Below, piece by piece: positions 49,965 through 63,647 of a stretch of DNA of 64,000 nucleotides (position 1 is its first letter; every line of letters starts with the position of its first letter). The translations under genes and the position numbers were made by a program. The notes under the pieces are model-generated. The model worked only from the letters and a program-made list of their open reading frames with translations, made no database searches and was not told the origin of the DNA. Source of the stretch: Tricharina praecox (Eukaryota); the NCBI RefSeq assembly GCF_024521635.1, contig NW_026250416.1:744001-808000 (forward strand), in the 5' to 3' direction.

Positions 49965-51422
49965 TTAAACTGGGTATTTGGTGAGGATATCATGGAGAGC
50001 CTGCATCTGCTCATCGATGAGCATGAGATGTCCCTTCGAGGTGCTGATATCGTGGAGCATGGCATCTTGCAGATCGCTCTTCCCGTTGACGCCAGCGGTA
50101 GATTTCTGCTCGGCCGCAAGAATGCGATTGAGAAGGTCCTGACGCTCGGCAGCGTGCTGAGCACGCTCAGCAGTCGCCATATCCGTAGCGATAGCAAGGC
50201 GGTTGATGAGCTCGTGACGCTCGGCCATCCAATCCAGCTCTGCCTTCGCCTGAGCACGATCCTTGAGGTCAATCAGTTCCTTGTAGTGCTGATTCATTTC
50301 TTTCTGCTGAGCGAACATTGACTTGTAATCGGCAAAAGGCTCCGTGACTCCAGTAACAGCGGTGACGACCGTGGCAGTATCCTGTATTTCGATCTGATCA
50401 TCCGAATCAGACTGCTCCTGGACGTCCCTAGGCTATGTTAGTTGTATCGTAAATCGATAGGAACTCGGACAAACATACTGCTTTTGGATCTGCGACTTCT
50501 GCTCGAGCGGAACCGCATCGTTCTTCTCAACGGAAGGGCACTTCTTGTCTTGATTCTTGCCGAATATAGCGTAGTGAGGCTGTTTGTGGCGAAATGGTGT
50601 AAACTCGGGAAGACAAGGCACAGGTCTTTCAGGACGGCCGACCGAAGAGGTCGAGCGTATATGAAACGCATCATTGTAGGACCACTTCTTGCCATTACGA
50701 CTCACAGCCCAGTTGGCGGGAAAGCCGTGATCTCGCTCGAAGTTCTCAACGCAATTGGTAGCGTCGACCATGTCGAAATAGTCGGCGAACGCTTGGCCAG
50801 TCCTCTTATGAAGACGAAGACCTTTGACCTTTCCGTACGTCTCGAGTAGGCGCCACAGCATCGGACGAGTGATATCGGTGGGGATCGGAGAGACGAAGAC
50901 GCTCTCAACTTTCTGGTACTCTTTCGCGAAGGCTCTGACCGAAGACATGACGGTGGTCTTCACGGTGGTCGCTCTGGCAGTCGACATCGGGATGGTAGGA
51001 ATGGGCGGCGAAGGCTGCTGACTGGTTGGAGACGACTTCAGTTTGGGCGACGAACCCGGGGTCTTGATGTACCTCCTGAAGGTATCGCCGTGAAAGCCAG
51101 GCGCAACAGGTCCGCGAAATCCACCACCGTTAGGACTTCCATTGGGCGAAGAATCCGCGACACCGGGGCTTGCGGACGAATGGGTAGACGTCCCGAATCC
51201 GGTAGGCGACCACTGTGCGGTATACCCCTTCTTGTTGAGGAACTTGATGGCCTCGATGCCGTGCAGGTTGTGATCGAACTGGATGTAGACAAGCTCCTTG
51301 ACCGGATCGAAAGTGATGCGATGAATTGGCCACCTCTCGCGCTTAGGGAAAAGAATGCGCTTGACATCGTCTTCATTGGAGCCGACAGGCATACCAGCAA
51401 CAGCTACGATGCGATATCCCAT
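49965..51422 (-). CDS. RNA-binding protein with two RRM-like domains and C-terminal coiled coil (2 exons)
   Basis: RIVAVAGMP..LVYIQFD; SVFVSPIP..LETYGKV..GQAFADY. Intron 50428-50478 (GTATGT..CTAAC..TAG) joins in frame to ORF 49965..50318. Confidence 0.75.
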
Positions 51423-52116
51423 CCTGTATCTCTTGGTGTTTAGGGGAACGGTGACAGAATATTGGATTGAGAGGGTTGGCGACGGATGAGGGCGGAAAAC
51501 AGGAGAAATGAAAGCGGTGGAAGAAAGGATAGATGACAGCGGTGGATGATGATGAAGGTAGGGGTGGGGGTTGAAACGAGGATGTGAGGATGCGTGGGGA
51601 GAGGATGAAATTCGGAAGTTGTTTTTGCGAGGTTGGCTGGGTTGAGTGATTGTTGGACCCTTGGGGATATTGGTGGGGCTCTCCGGCAGCGTGGGCTTAA
51701 GAAGGGCTAGCGCAGCAAGCACTAGTGCGGACGAATAAAAACACTTGGCTATGGGCTCACACTCACACTCCCATTCACATTCACACTCCATGGATGGGTA
51801 AGGGTTCTTGATCTCCAATCGAGAAAAGATGACGTCATCACGTGTCTCGATCGTCAGAACAACTCTTCTGAAGTCCACTACAGGATCCGAACCAATCACA
51901 TGACTCACAGGAGTGTGGTGAATTGACAAGTCATTCGTCGCTGTCTTGCCAGTCACTCTTCGGCGGTTTTCATGATTTTTCTTCGAGAGTACCGACTCTG
52001 AATATTCAGCTTAGTTGGCTACCGTATTACGGAGCTGATACGGGTAGCCCTACACGGTGTTATGATGGAGTGTGTGAGATAAATCTTCAGTTTATTTCGC
52101 ATGCTACGGTGATATG

Positions 52117-52563
52117 AGAGAGAGAGAGAGATGTTCCTGTTTTATTTCGCATGCAGCCTATCTAGACTATGGCGAACTGTAGCACTGCTATCCTCCTCAT
52201 CCTCCTCCGCCAGGTCTAGCAGAGCTATTTTCCCCACATCCGTCGTTCTTAAAAACTCTTGGATTGCCTCGCTGCACCGCTCGTCGGCGAACAACTTCGC
52301 TATCGACCTACTCTCTTTCCTTCTCTCCGTCTCCTTCCCGAACTTCGCCTACAAGCCATTCCGTTGACTTCTCCACCGTGAGAAGTTTTTGAATAGGTCC
52401 TCGCGGGACTGCTTGGTAGGCCTGTTGCACCACCAGCAATGGTCATCATCCCGCTTCTTATTCCACTTCAGGTAGATCGCCGTGATGGCGTGTCCTGCCT
52501 TGAGCTGGTAGAAGCGAGCGGCCAGCTTCCTTGTTGCTTTGGCGGGGAGCAGATCGCGGGGGG
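52117..52563 (-). mobile_element. 5'-truncated non-LTR (Tad/I-like LINE) insertion
   Basis: ARFYQLKAGHA..CWWC..QSREDLF..EFLRTTDVG (C-terminal zinc-knuckle region); (TC)n tail; 12-bp TSD TACGGTGATATG at 52105-52116 and 52564-52575. Confidence 0.9.
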
Positions 52564-53274
52564 TACGGTGATATGTGAAGGCTACAGGATGTGATCGCTC
52601 ACTGCATATCACTCGGCTCTCTGTTTACGTGCGTCATCTATCACGTGCCTACTAATACTTGTAATCACCTTGAAAACGATTCTGACATTCCTTTTGACAA
52701 TTTTCAGCGTGGCTGACAGGTGTCAATGTTGAAAACCTGACGAAGTGTCGCTGCAAAGTCCAGATACTCCGCCGCCGGAGTGGAGCCGAATCATTTATTG
52801 CTGGAGCAGCGTCACGCTCATGTACACGATATAATGTCCGGCAATTAATAAAAAGCAGTAGAAGCATCTGTCATCGCCGCTCTAACTTGTGACTTCATGG
52901 GATAGCGAGATCAGTAAGGATGATCAGCACGTGATCAGCAAATGAAATATACATGGCGACCACGTTGAAACGTTAAAGAGGCACATGGCAGACGTGTGAC
53001 AGACTGGTCCGAATTTCGGACCAGTGTTTTTTTCGGAAAGTGTAATTTTACGTGAGCATCAAACGGTCCTTTCAACTCGTTGGTTAGAGGGGAGAAATTT
53101 TCCATATGACGCCTTCTTTGGCAGGGGTACCCAATCGAGCTGTAAGTACGTAACATATCGACGTCACATGACTCAGCAAACCCGAACGTCTTCGATATCC
53201 AATCCCGAGTGACGGAGTGGTACACCATCTGGACGCATCACCACCACCGGCAGCTGCCACATATCAATATCTCA

Positions 53275-54120
53275 ATGTCTATCGCCCCGCCGCCGCCGTA
53301 CGCCAAGCACCGTTCCGAGACACTCTTTCAAATCCCGTTTCTTGCGCCCACGGGCATTGAACTCAACGATGTCCTATCCCGATCACTCAGTAGGCTCTCG
53401 TTGCGGTTCCCGTCCACGCCCACCGGTGCCGGTATCATTACCGCCAAGCTATGCGAGCCGGAAGAACGCGAACGATGGATGCTATGGGTGCGCACGTGGG
53501 ATCCTGTCTGTGCTATCCACATCAGACGGGCGATGACGGAAGTGGGCTTGCACGTTGTTTGGATCGAGACCAAGTTCAGGGGCTACGATAGGACGCACTT
53601 CTATGGCCTGATGGATGAGACGAGTTTTTTGTTCTACATGTGGGAGGAGTATGTGTGGCAAATGCGGGGGACGGATCTAAATGTCACGATGAAGGCAGAG
53701 GATTGCATGATTGCGGGAAGCTTGCCGGGTCAGCTGAAGAGGTTGGATATTCCGTGTCCAAGTAATGGAAAAGTTCGCAAAGTTCGCAAGCTCGTGGAGA
53801 AAGCGAAGAAGGTCGTGCGAAGAGTCCACAAAGTTATGACGCCGGCGAGGGAAGAAAGGGCGAACGATTCGGTAGAGACGAGCGAATCGGAATGGACGAG
53901 CGAGTCGGAATGGACGAGCGAATCGGAAGGGACGAGCGACTCGGAAGGAACGAGGGATTCGGAAGGAACGAGGGATTCGGAAGATGCTGAAATCGTGCAT
54001 GGGCAGAGTGATCTGAAAGACGCCTGGAAAAAACATGTGATGGAGAATCAGCCAAATCATGAGGAAGACGAAGATGTGGTATCTGATGTTTCGTCATTGA
54101 GCTTGTACTCTCCGTGGTAA
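53275..54120 (+). CDS. Hypothetical protein with 18-bp (TSESEW/TRDSEG) tandem repeats
   Basis: Open frame from ATG 53275; six 6-aa units at 53878-53985. Confidence 0.65.
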   Translation: MSIAPPPPYAKHRSETLFQIPFLAPTGIELNDVLSRSLSRLSLRFPSTPTGAGIITAKLCEPEERERWMLWVRTWDPVCAIHIRRAMTEVGLHVVWIETKFRGYDRTHFYGLMDETSFLFYMWEEYVWQMRGTDLNVTMKAEDCMIAGSLPGQLKRLDIPCPSNGKVRKVRKLVEKAKKVVRRVHKVMTPAREERANDSVETSESEWTSESEWTSESEGTSDSEGTRDSEGTRDSEDAEIVHGQSDLKDAWKKHVMENQPNHEEDEDVVSDVSSLSLYSPW

Positions 54121-54361
54121 AAGGAGACGATGCATTTTGGCTGTGACGGTGCCGGATTGCTTGAACCGGGCATGTATGTGTAAATTCGATTGAAAGATGC
54201 GAGCGATAGGTCTCGCAACCTCGAGCTTACCCAGGCGCCACGCTAATGAAGCGATTGCGAACTTGGATCAATTCGAAGATTACATTCTGACCGCGAGCGA
54301 TCATGTCGAACACACAATCATGATACATCTTCAATCGATCACATCGATCATTAGGTGCTCC

Positions 54362-57300
54362 ATGAACCAGTTTCCATCCCCGTTTGATACCAAAAAGTAC
54401 GCAATGCGTGCGCCCATACCCGATCCCAGTGTAGATGAACAACCCGAGAGTCCTAACCGTCTGCCCTCAGATCTCAACCAAAACGTCGTAGACTTATTCC
54501 CAAAGGACTGGATACTGGACCAAAGGACTAGATCTTTGGGAAGCGCACCGGAAGCACCACCGCAGTTCGTCGACTCGCCCAGTACCGATTTGGGTATCGA
54601 CTGTAGTTCCGCATCACCCATCCGAACCGCAACCGAACCGCCAGAGCCATCTCACCCACCGCCCACGCGTCAAAACTTCATAGATGTCGTCTCGAGGGGC
54701 TGGGCACTTGCCTGTTGTACTGCATCCGTGGTAACGTCACCAGACTTACTGGCTGAGGCCGCTGAATGGTACGGTGCCGATCGCGTCCTCAACTATAATT
54801 CCGAGACACCTATCGGAACTGTAACCGAACCACAAAATAATGCCGATTCAGCGCACGTGGAGCCCGCAGCTACGCTGAGCGAAGCTGTCGCCATCGTCGC
54901 GAGTCCAATGCCGCCGTCAAACACTTCCTTTGAGACGTCGGATAGTAACAGACCTGAATTAGCGACGGACGAGAAACCTGTTTCCCCCAGCAAGCCGGCT
55001 GCTAGTCCGGACACCAAGGAGGTTCCAAAGACACCGGATATGAGGGAACATGCTGGTCGGCGAGCCCTGGAATGGCTGTCACCATATGATCCTCTCCTCG
55101 TGCTTGCAGAAACTCCTGGATCCGCGTTCGCCGGAGAAACCTCTGGTGGAACGACCGAGAATGTTCAAGATCCGAAAAACCCCGAGATTCTCTCAGTCCG
55201 GAAGATAACCCCCAACCTTAAAAGGAGCAACGCCGTACGCAGACCATCGCGGCATTCGACAAGCCCTTTCGCGAGTCCCCTCACGCCGTCGAACATGTCG
55301 TTCGATACGTCGGAACGGAAGGCACCAGAATCATCGGCGGACATTACCGCAGATGCCCCCAGCAAGCCTGCCCGTGGTCATGACACCTTAAAGGTTCCGG
55401 AGTCGCCAGGCACGCAGGAACATCCTGCTCAGCAGGCCGAGGAAAACGTCTCCCCATCTGAATGTCCACCCGGACCGGATTATCATCCTCGAAAAGTGCT
55501 TGGTGGTCCTGACACCAAGAACGTTCCAGAGCCACCGGGCACACCGGTACTTGCTGCCCAGAAATCCGAGGAGTCTCCTTCACCATATCAACCTCTCTCC
55601 TTACTTTCTCCTAGGACACCCGGCGTACCACCCAGACCACCCCCAAGGTCACCTGCGTCGGCCCCAATACCACCTCTGGCATCCCCCGTACTTGCCAGTC
55701 ATCCGGGAGAAGCGTCTGTTGGTCCTGACATTAAGGGGGTTATAGAGCCACCGGCAACGGAGGAATATGCTGAAGAGCAGGACGAGGGCCCTCCTTCACC
55801 ATATGAACCACCCGCCGTACTTGCAAAACATCCTAAGCCTCCCACCGTACCGCCCCGGCCACCCCCAAGGCCACCTGCACCACTTTCCTTACCACCCATG
55901 GCATCCCTCGTACCTGTCAATCTTCCTGGAGAGGCATCTGACCGTCCGGACACCAAGGGCGTTCCAGAGCCACTGGGCACGGCGGAGAATGTTGGCCAGG
56001 AGGTGCAGAGATGGCCGTCACCATATGAACATCCCACCGTACTTGCCAGTCATCCTGGAGAAGCTTCTCTTGGTTCTGTCATTAAGGTGGTTCCAGAGCC
56101 ACCGGCCACGGAGGAACATCCTGCAGAGCATGACGAAGGCCCTCCTTCACCGTATGAACCATCCGCCGTACTTGCAAAACATCCTGAGCCACCCCCCTTG
56201 CCACCCAGGCCACCACCTAAAGCACCTAGGACACCACTCATACCACCTGCGCCACTTCCCTTACCACCCAGGCCAGACCCGTTTCCACCCAGGGCACCAA
56301 CGGGACGATCCGTGTTAATTCCGGGGAGTAATGCGCCTCAAACCACCAGCACCACACAACAAACGGATCCAGAAGAGTTAACCGTCGAGTCGCGCCCACC
56401 CCCACTACCACCTAGGCCACCAATCAGACGGCCCGGGTTAGTTCCGGAGAAGAATGCGCCTCCACACGCTTCGACAACTGCGCAGGTGCGCAACCAAAAC
56501 ACAGTCCCGAAGAACACCACCCAGCTGAGACGAAGGGGTGCCGTACGGATCACGGGTCGGGAGACGAGCGTAACAATACCACGAAACGCAGGGCCGAGGG
56601 GTACTGCTGTGGTTTCAAACGCCACATCACGTGTGGGAAAAGTAGATGCGCCGAGGAAGGAGCCGGCGCCCAAGAACCCAGCAAGAACCACGACTGGCGG
56701 AGCCCCTGCAAAAACGGTGACTTTTGGAGCCCCCCCAGAAATACCACTGGAGGAGCCCCTCCAAGAAATGTGACTAGTGGCGCCACTCCCAGGAGCACCA
56801 CTGGCGGAGTTCCTCCAAGAGGCACCATTGGCGGAGGCCCTCCACAAACGCCAGTCGCTCCAAGAACGGCCACTGCTGAGGCTAAGGCAGAGAAACAGGC
56901 GCCGTACATGTCGAACTTCACGGAGAACCTCAATATATTCGTCGATACTGCTGCCACAAATGCTGAGGCCAAGAAGGAGGGTGTGTTGGCAAAGGGCTTG
57001 TTGATGGTTACAAACTCCCTGATGGGACTAAGCCTAACTTCGTCAGCGGAAGGTGCGAAGACCTTGCAAACTGCGATGTTCAGCTCGTCGAAGATGTTCA
57101 TAACCCCACCTTTGCTGGGAGCAAAGCCGACGGTATTTCCGCCAGTGCGTCGAGCAGATCCAGCAAAGCCCACCACGACATCCGCTGCCGGACCAAATGC
57201 GAACGCACGTCCGGGAGTTCCTTCGAAGCCGCCGCAGTTAGTAGGAGCAAGTACAATGCCCGAGAGGCCACCTAAACCCCCACCCCCAAGCGGCACAATG

Positions 57301-57591
57301 CCTCCTGGTTTGTCTGCGACACCTCTCGCAGATGACAGGATGTCTTTGCGCACTGCGCTCCAAAATACCGGACCTTCGAAGCAACAGCTGGAGAAAGAAA
57401 AGCTGGACTACCACAAACGTCGAGCCTTCTTCCATAAAGATCTCGACAAGTGTTTAGCTGCCGTCGCCAGTGCCATCGACAACCAGCGGGCTCGAGCGAT
57501 CCACACCAGCCGTGACACAAACACCAAGGCGCTTGGCATGCTGAACAAACAGATGAAGGATGCTCTGAGGTGGTGGGACGCAACAGAATAA
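54362..57591 (+). CDS. Large proline-rich repeat protein (many PxxPxR motifs); apparent 1-bp frameshift at C7 run 56730-56736; start uncertain
   Basis: ORFs 54197..56773 and 56770..57591; the xTTGGAPPR repeat series continues across the frame change; internal duplication 55688/56039. Confidence 0.7.
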
Positions 57592-58529
57592 CGGGTTGAA
57601 GCTTGTGATCCAGATAGGAAGGGGATTCGTAGTAGAATGTGATTATTTGTGCCGTATGTACGGTGCCTGCGGTATAGAAAGGCATAGTGGCTTTTAGCTC
57701 TTGACCCGGAACGTTTCCATGGCAACAGCCAGCCCCACATAAAAAAAAGATTACCTGACAACTCTCGAATTGCAACTTCACTACTCGGCGATGACTGGTA
57801 GACCCCGTTCATTTCCACTATGAGGATCAATCACTACCTGTGGTTGATTATGCATCACCTGGGACAGCGGTTATCAGCTGGCGAACTCTGGATGGCGGCC
57901 GATAATTCGGAAATTCGGATGGCGGCCCGTATTTTGGATGGTAGTTGAACAGCTGAGTGCCGGGACCGAAAAGTTCTCCAAACCTTTAAGTCCGTACTCC
58001 AACCGAGTACATGTGACCACTGGATTTGGCTTTAGAGTGAAAATCGTTTGCTATGACGTGGGGGTTCAGTGTACACGAGGATTATTTCAATACAAAACTC
58101 GGTGCTTCATGATGTAAAAGGACTTCACCGATTCACACCAACATCGGTCCAGGAATCCGTATCCATAGGAAGGTACATGACCTGTGACTTTTGCACACGA
58201 TGGGTTTCATATTTGCTGCCGGCTGCTAGCTGGCTTGAAATAGGAACCGCAAAAAGATTGGTCACCAAAACCGCAGGCACCATAGTTTATTCTGAGGTAC
58301 TATTTCGGCTCCACTCCCGTGTAGTACTGCGTACAGCTCCGGCAGATACATGCTCCCGGCGACATACCCGCCACAATCCAGCGGAGGTGCGGGAGAAACG
58401 TCTCCGTACTGCCGAAACGCTTGTCGATACCGAGCGGGTGACCGTAGAGAAAGAGGAGTTCAGCTCCCATGGATCGTCCGTACTAGCCAGCAATCAGCAT
58501 CAAGTAGAACACCCATTGAGAGTAGTAGA

Positions 58530-58907
58530 TCATACATTGTACTCCTTCTCCACCATGAGCGAGTAGCCATCAGGCAGGTCCCACAGCTGAGCGGGTATGC
58601 CGTTCTGGGCCTGGTAGAAAGCCGTCAACCCAGCCGCGAGTTTTTTGCGCCATTGGATGTGCCTTGGATCAGAGCGCGGGAGCTGGCGGTATTGATGGGC
58701 AGTCCTGTAGCAATGCTGGATTTGTCCTGGGGATACCGCGACGCCGTCGGAGGCCGTGACCGTCAGGATCTGGTTGGTTTGCGGCGGCAGGAAAGGGTTA
58801 TTATTGAGCTGTTGTTTAAGCCAGACCAGCAGATTCGTCTTTCGCTGCGCCGCGGCTGCGACGGCTAGCTGCGAAGCATCCGCGTCGTGTTGTCGATTGC
58901 GTGCCAT
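58530..58907 (-). CDS. Hypothetical protein (125 aa)
   Basis: ATG in ACAATGG context, protein-like composition; no recognisable domain. Confidence 0.5.
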   Translation of the reverse strand: MARNRQHDADASQLAVAAAAQRKTNLLVWLKQQLNNNPFLPPQTNQILTVTASDGVAVSPGQIQHCYRTAHQYRQLPRSDPRHIQWRKKLAAGLTAFYQAQNGIPAQLWDLPDGYSLMVEKEYNV

Positions 58908-59593
58908 TGTGGTGTTGGTGGTGGTTGTAATCTGGGGGACCGAACAATGGTGATAGCGTTGATTGCTGTTGAAGTGTGAGGGACTGCACGTCGTTGATGG
59001 TGGTGATGGCGGTCTCCTGTATGACTAGCTGGGTGTTTCGTGGAAGTACCATCGATTGGTCTCGCTTGGTTCGTGCCGCCTGCCCGGCTCGTATTGATGG
59101 GGGCGTATCCGTCCGATTGTTATTCTTGTAGTGTAGGGCCTGTGAGGACGACGAAAATCCTGCAAGTTTGCCTCACCGATACGACGAAAGCGAGACCCCG
59201 CTGTTCCGAGAAACAGTACGGAGGAAAACGATTTCTCATTGAAGACAATCCAGTACATGCAAGCAAACAGAAGGTGCATTCCAGCGAAGCGCATCATCCC
59301 ATCCCCAATCTCGATATCTCCCAGTAACCCCATGCGCGAAAGAGAAAAATGCAACACCATTCCGAGTACACAACTAGAAAGCAAACCCAATCCCACCAAA
59401 CCTATTACCCATCTCCGCCCAAGTCAATGCAACAATGAAAGGAAAATGATTTTCTCTTGATGAGCAAACCGTGTTTCGTGTTATCCCCCGGCGGCTTCAT
59501 ATGTGGTCAGTTGCCATCGCTTGTGACATTTAGGAGAGTTAGTTACTTACCATGATCCCTTAACAACCACGCCCCGCCATCGCCTTGCGGTGA

Positions 59594-59908
59594 TTACTTC
59601 CAGTTGATGCCGATCTGATTGACAGCGGTATACTGTCCGGTGACGGACGAGAAGACGTAGAGCGGGCGAGCCTCGCGGATATCCGGAAGCTGGGACTGGC
59701 AGGTCGTTGCAGGGTAGAATTTCCAATGGTCCATGGGGTGCTCGACGGTCGGGGAGCAGCGGTAAACAAAGTACTCGATTCCGGACGCGGGGACTTGGAT
59801 CGCCGGGGGCTGCGCGGCAGCAGCGACGGCGACGGAGACCGTGCCGGGGTGGTAGGTCAGGGTGTAGGGTCCATGGTTTAACTCGACGACGTAGTTGCAG
59901 CCGCTCAT
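59594..59908 (-). CDS. Small hypothetical protein (104 aa)
   Basis: Strong C/G third-position bias, CAACATG start context, pyrimidine-rich leader. Confidence 0.65.
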   Translation of the reverse strand: MSGCNYVVELNHGPYTLTYHPGTVSVAVAAAAQPPAIQVPASGIEYFVYRCSPTVEHPMDHWKFYPATTCQSQLPDIREARPLYVFSSVTGQYTAVNQIGINWK

Positions 59909-62900
59909 GTTGATGATGTGGAATGTGATTGTAGTGGGGATGAGATTATGACTTTAGGTGGTGTGGGAGAGCAGAAACGCGAACGTGAAGGGGAATAGAG
60001 AGTGCGAGACTACGATGGTAGGGAGGAGTGGAGATGAGAGAACCGAGACGATGAAGGAGGATGCAGAGTGCAAGACTGAGGCCGTGATAAGAAGGAGGAG
60101 GATGAGAACCCCTGCTAGCTAGATGGTATTGTGTGCCCTACGTAACGTCTACCCCGCCGCATTGAGCTTCTCCCACTGTGACTGCCATTGCCGCATGGAG
60201 GCAGCGTCAGCTCGGCCGTCCAGATATGAACGAAATTTGACGGCGTGTGCAATCCGTAGATGGGTAGTCAATAGTCGATTCATGAGTGTTAGATGATCGG
60301 AAGACAGTATTTGTTGGATGGTCTTCCAGCGGGTGGTTGGCTGTGCTCGGTGTTGATGGTTTGTGATGTCATCACCCTCTATTCCCGAGCCGCAACTGGC
60401 TGGGGTGACTCAGCGCTCTGGGTGCGACAACGCTGTGTGACGTACATTCGAAGGGGGTAGAAAGCAAAGGTATGAAACGATTCTCCGTTGTAGATGACAG
60501 GCAGACAGTTTGGAACCCGAGATATCCGAACTGGAGTCCTTCCGACGGTGGTACATGGAGCCTGATCAGTTTCCGCATAACGCCTCCCGTACTGACGCTT
60601 GCTCCAGCCCTCGTCTACAAATAGAACCCCTTCAAATTCGCCTAAAAGAATATCAATCCCGCTTTGAACTTAATCAGCCTATGAAGGGAGGATTATTGCT
60701 ATCCATTCGAGAATGATTGGTGTGGTGGCACGGTCGTCCAGTCCGAGGCCACGTGGTGAGGACGACACAGAGCTCACGGAGTTCGGTATCTGTAGCCGAC
60801 CGTAGTGAGGATTCCTCCATCAAACCCGGGGGTTTCGGACTTCGAATCTTTCGATCGGCTGTTGAGGGCGGGTGCTAGGAGTTTGCCCATAGCCATGGCT
60901 TTCTTCTGCTAGAAATGTCTGCAGAGATAAAATCAACTGGATCAATGATAGCATACCTTTACCGGTTCGCGCCTTTCGGACGTGCGATAATCGATATCAG
61001 CGTCCGAGAACTGCTGCTGGTAGAGTATACTGTATGCCCATATCGAGAGCTCCATGTCTCCGCTGCCTGTACTGACCACACAGATGAAGCCAAATCGATG
61101 ATTGATAGCATTCCCCCCGGAGATCCACGCGGTTTGGACGTAGGATAATCGATATCGGCGACCGAGGACATCTGCCAAGGGAGCATGCTCATAGCCTTAG
61201 TTCCATCTATCTTCAGCTAACACTGACCGCGGAGCCGACCCACCCCGATGTGTGATATCCTTGAGTGTTGCACGCTGCTTCAACTCATGGTTCCTCGCTC
61301 CAGGCTCCGCTATGATATGCTCAGTATCGCGCGTTGCATATTCAAGATGTGGGTAGTGCGGTATCTTCCCTATTGCTGACCAGCATTGGGAGCAGTATCG
61401 GTTGCTAAAGAGGACGGAGTCATGGGCGCAAACGACTCGGATCATGGACCTCAGTGTATTCCGTCTGAAAGCTGACAGCTGGAGAACATGATTTGGCTTG
61501 AGGACGGCTGCCGACTGGAGAACGGGAGCCGGCTTGAAGATGGCAGTTGGCTGGAGAACAAGCATTGATTATCCATCGAAGGAGACCCTGAATGTGGAGC
61601 CTGATAACTGCAGTCGAGAGCCAGTAGACGGTGGTGTGTGTGAGAGTTTCCCGAGATGGAATTCGGAAACAAGGCACAGCTGGAATGCAGGAGGAAGTTG
61701 AGTCACGCAGTGATCCGAAGTACTTTCTGGGCCTACAGGAGTACAGTGGCCAACAGAAGATACAGACTGCCGGTGTCGGAGACTCGGAGTATGTATCGCC
61801 TGCTCGATAGACAAGTTGTTCGCACCCTGGTTCAGCAGGTAAGTCCGAGGACCTAAGGGTGCCATGTTGGTTTCAATACACATACCATGCAATCGACCAC
61901 GCCTCCGATCTTTTTTATTAGACCATACCCAGTGACCCAGCGGTATCTGTTGCAGAGACTAAAGTGCATACCACCACTCGACGTCGATGGAGACGCGATT
62001 GAACTATCCGGCAAGCGGCGCTGCTAGAAAGATGATGCAACAATCACCGAGTAGACCCAGATGGCGTCGAGCTGTGAGGGCGACGATATGTACCGAATAG
62101 CTTTGGTGAACATCAGTAACGACCTTCTAGTCACAATTTCGGAACGCACAGCTCCTGGTTACTTTACCGCTAAAAGGTCCGCATGCTCTATGGAACTCAT
62201 AACATCCTTAATCCATACCTCTGGCTTTCTGTGATGATCGCACCGCTACTATCGTATTCCTCAAGGTTGGAGATGGTATTTATTCCTGCAGGTCCGACAA
62301 AAACACACTCCAGCGGCTTCTTCAAAGCAGTTGGCGTAGTAGTCATCGGTAGCGCCACCTAAACATTATTTCCTCCGCCCGAAAGCGCACATGAATTAGC
62401 TACAAAGAGTGAGAGTGCTCGTCGCATGTAGCACAACAGAATTGAAGCGAAGCATCGCGTTCGTGCGATTCTATGTTGGTGTCATTCAGCGCATGACTTA
62501 AGGCCGTTAACATCCTACACCTCTGCATCTAACATTCCCGAGAGGAAAGAAAATGTCACTGAGGATTACCGCCGTGGTTCGGATTTACGTATTGCCATCG
62601 AGCAGTGGAATCATCACTTGAGTAGAGGCAACTGTTCGTGCGATACTATTTTGGTCGCCGCAGAAGGCAGATCCTAGTGATGAGGCGTAGCACAAAGCGC
62701 AATTCATATTCAACTTTAGGCACCGCTATTATCATAGCTCTTGTGGTCTAGCGGAAAGGTGCCTCAGAATTCATGGGGAAATCCGCGGTTCGAATCTGCG
62801 CTTGAGCTTTTTATGTTTTCGCTTGTCACTCGATTAAATTTTCACTCCTTGAGCCAAAAAGCAAAGGTGGTCATCGAAGCCTTATTATTTACAGGTTGTC

Positions 62901-63384
62901 CAACGTATCACCCTACAAGGAGAGAGCCCTTGATGTACCACTTTAACGCTCATTCGGCCCCTATGCACCGTAATCGAACAGTCGTGATGATACTAGTCGT
63001 CATAGGGCCCCCTTCGTTGCACGATATCTATCTCGAATTATTACCAACAGTTGTCAATTACCATGATTCAAGAACTTCCGAATGTCCCAGCTCGCCGAAC
63101 AGACTACACGAACCGATTAACCACAGAAAAAGACAGCAAATGAGAGCAAATGACAGAAGACGCCACATATGAGCTACCAAATATGACCGAAGTAAATGAC
63201 CTCAATCACCCAATCGCACATCCGAAAAATCAACCTCTTCCTTTATCGCACGGCTGCCAAATCAAACGCAAGTCTTCGTTCACAACATTACCATGATGAT
63301 GACACATGTAATCTCCCGTCAAACGCGAATTTCGACAGCTTGATTACAATCCCGCACCTCGTGACAGGTGAACTCAACCCGAGT

Positions 63385-63647
63385 CTACCTCTTTTTAAGC
63401 TTCCGCAAGCGCGGAACGGGCTTGCCAGCCAGGTAGGACTTGACGATGGCGACGAATTCCGCTCTTCGCCAATCCCTCTTGAGGCCGATATCGTGCTCCC
63501 TGCAGAATGACCGGATCTCATCGAGAGTGGCCTTATCGGGATCGAACGGTTCAGACTTTGGGATTGGTGCTGTGTTTTTGCGCTTTGCAGCTGACTTACG
63601 CTTGGGCTTCGCCTTAGAAGTGTTCTGACGCTTTTTTGATGGCGTCG
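63385..63647 (-). CDS. Terminal exon encoding a basic NLS-like tract plus HeH/LEM(SAP)-like domain; upstream part degenerate or beyond the window
   Basis: After intron 63648-63701 (GTAAGC..CTGAT..CAG): ATPSKKRQ..KPKRK..FDPDKATLDEIRSFCREHDIGLKRDWRRAEFVAIVKSYL..*; not in the ORF track. Confidence 0.55.

Noticed and set aside
60400-61860. Fragmentary ORFs with LE(N/D)GxR hexapeptide repeats (~61479-61560)
   Set aside because: Multiple stops and no recognisable family; too weak to call
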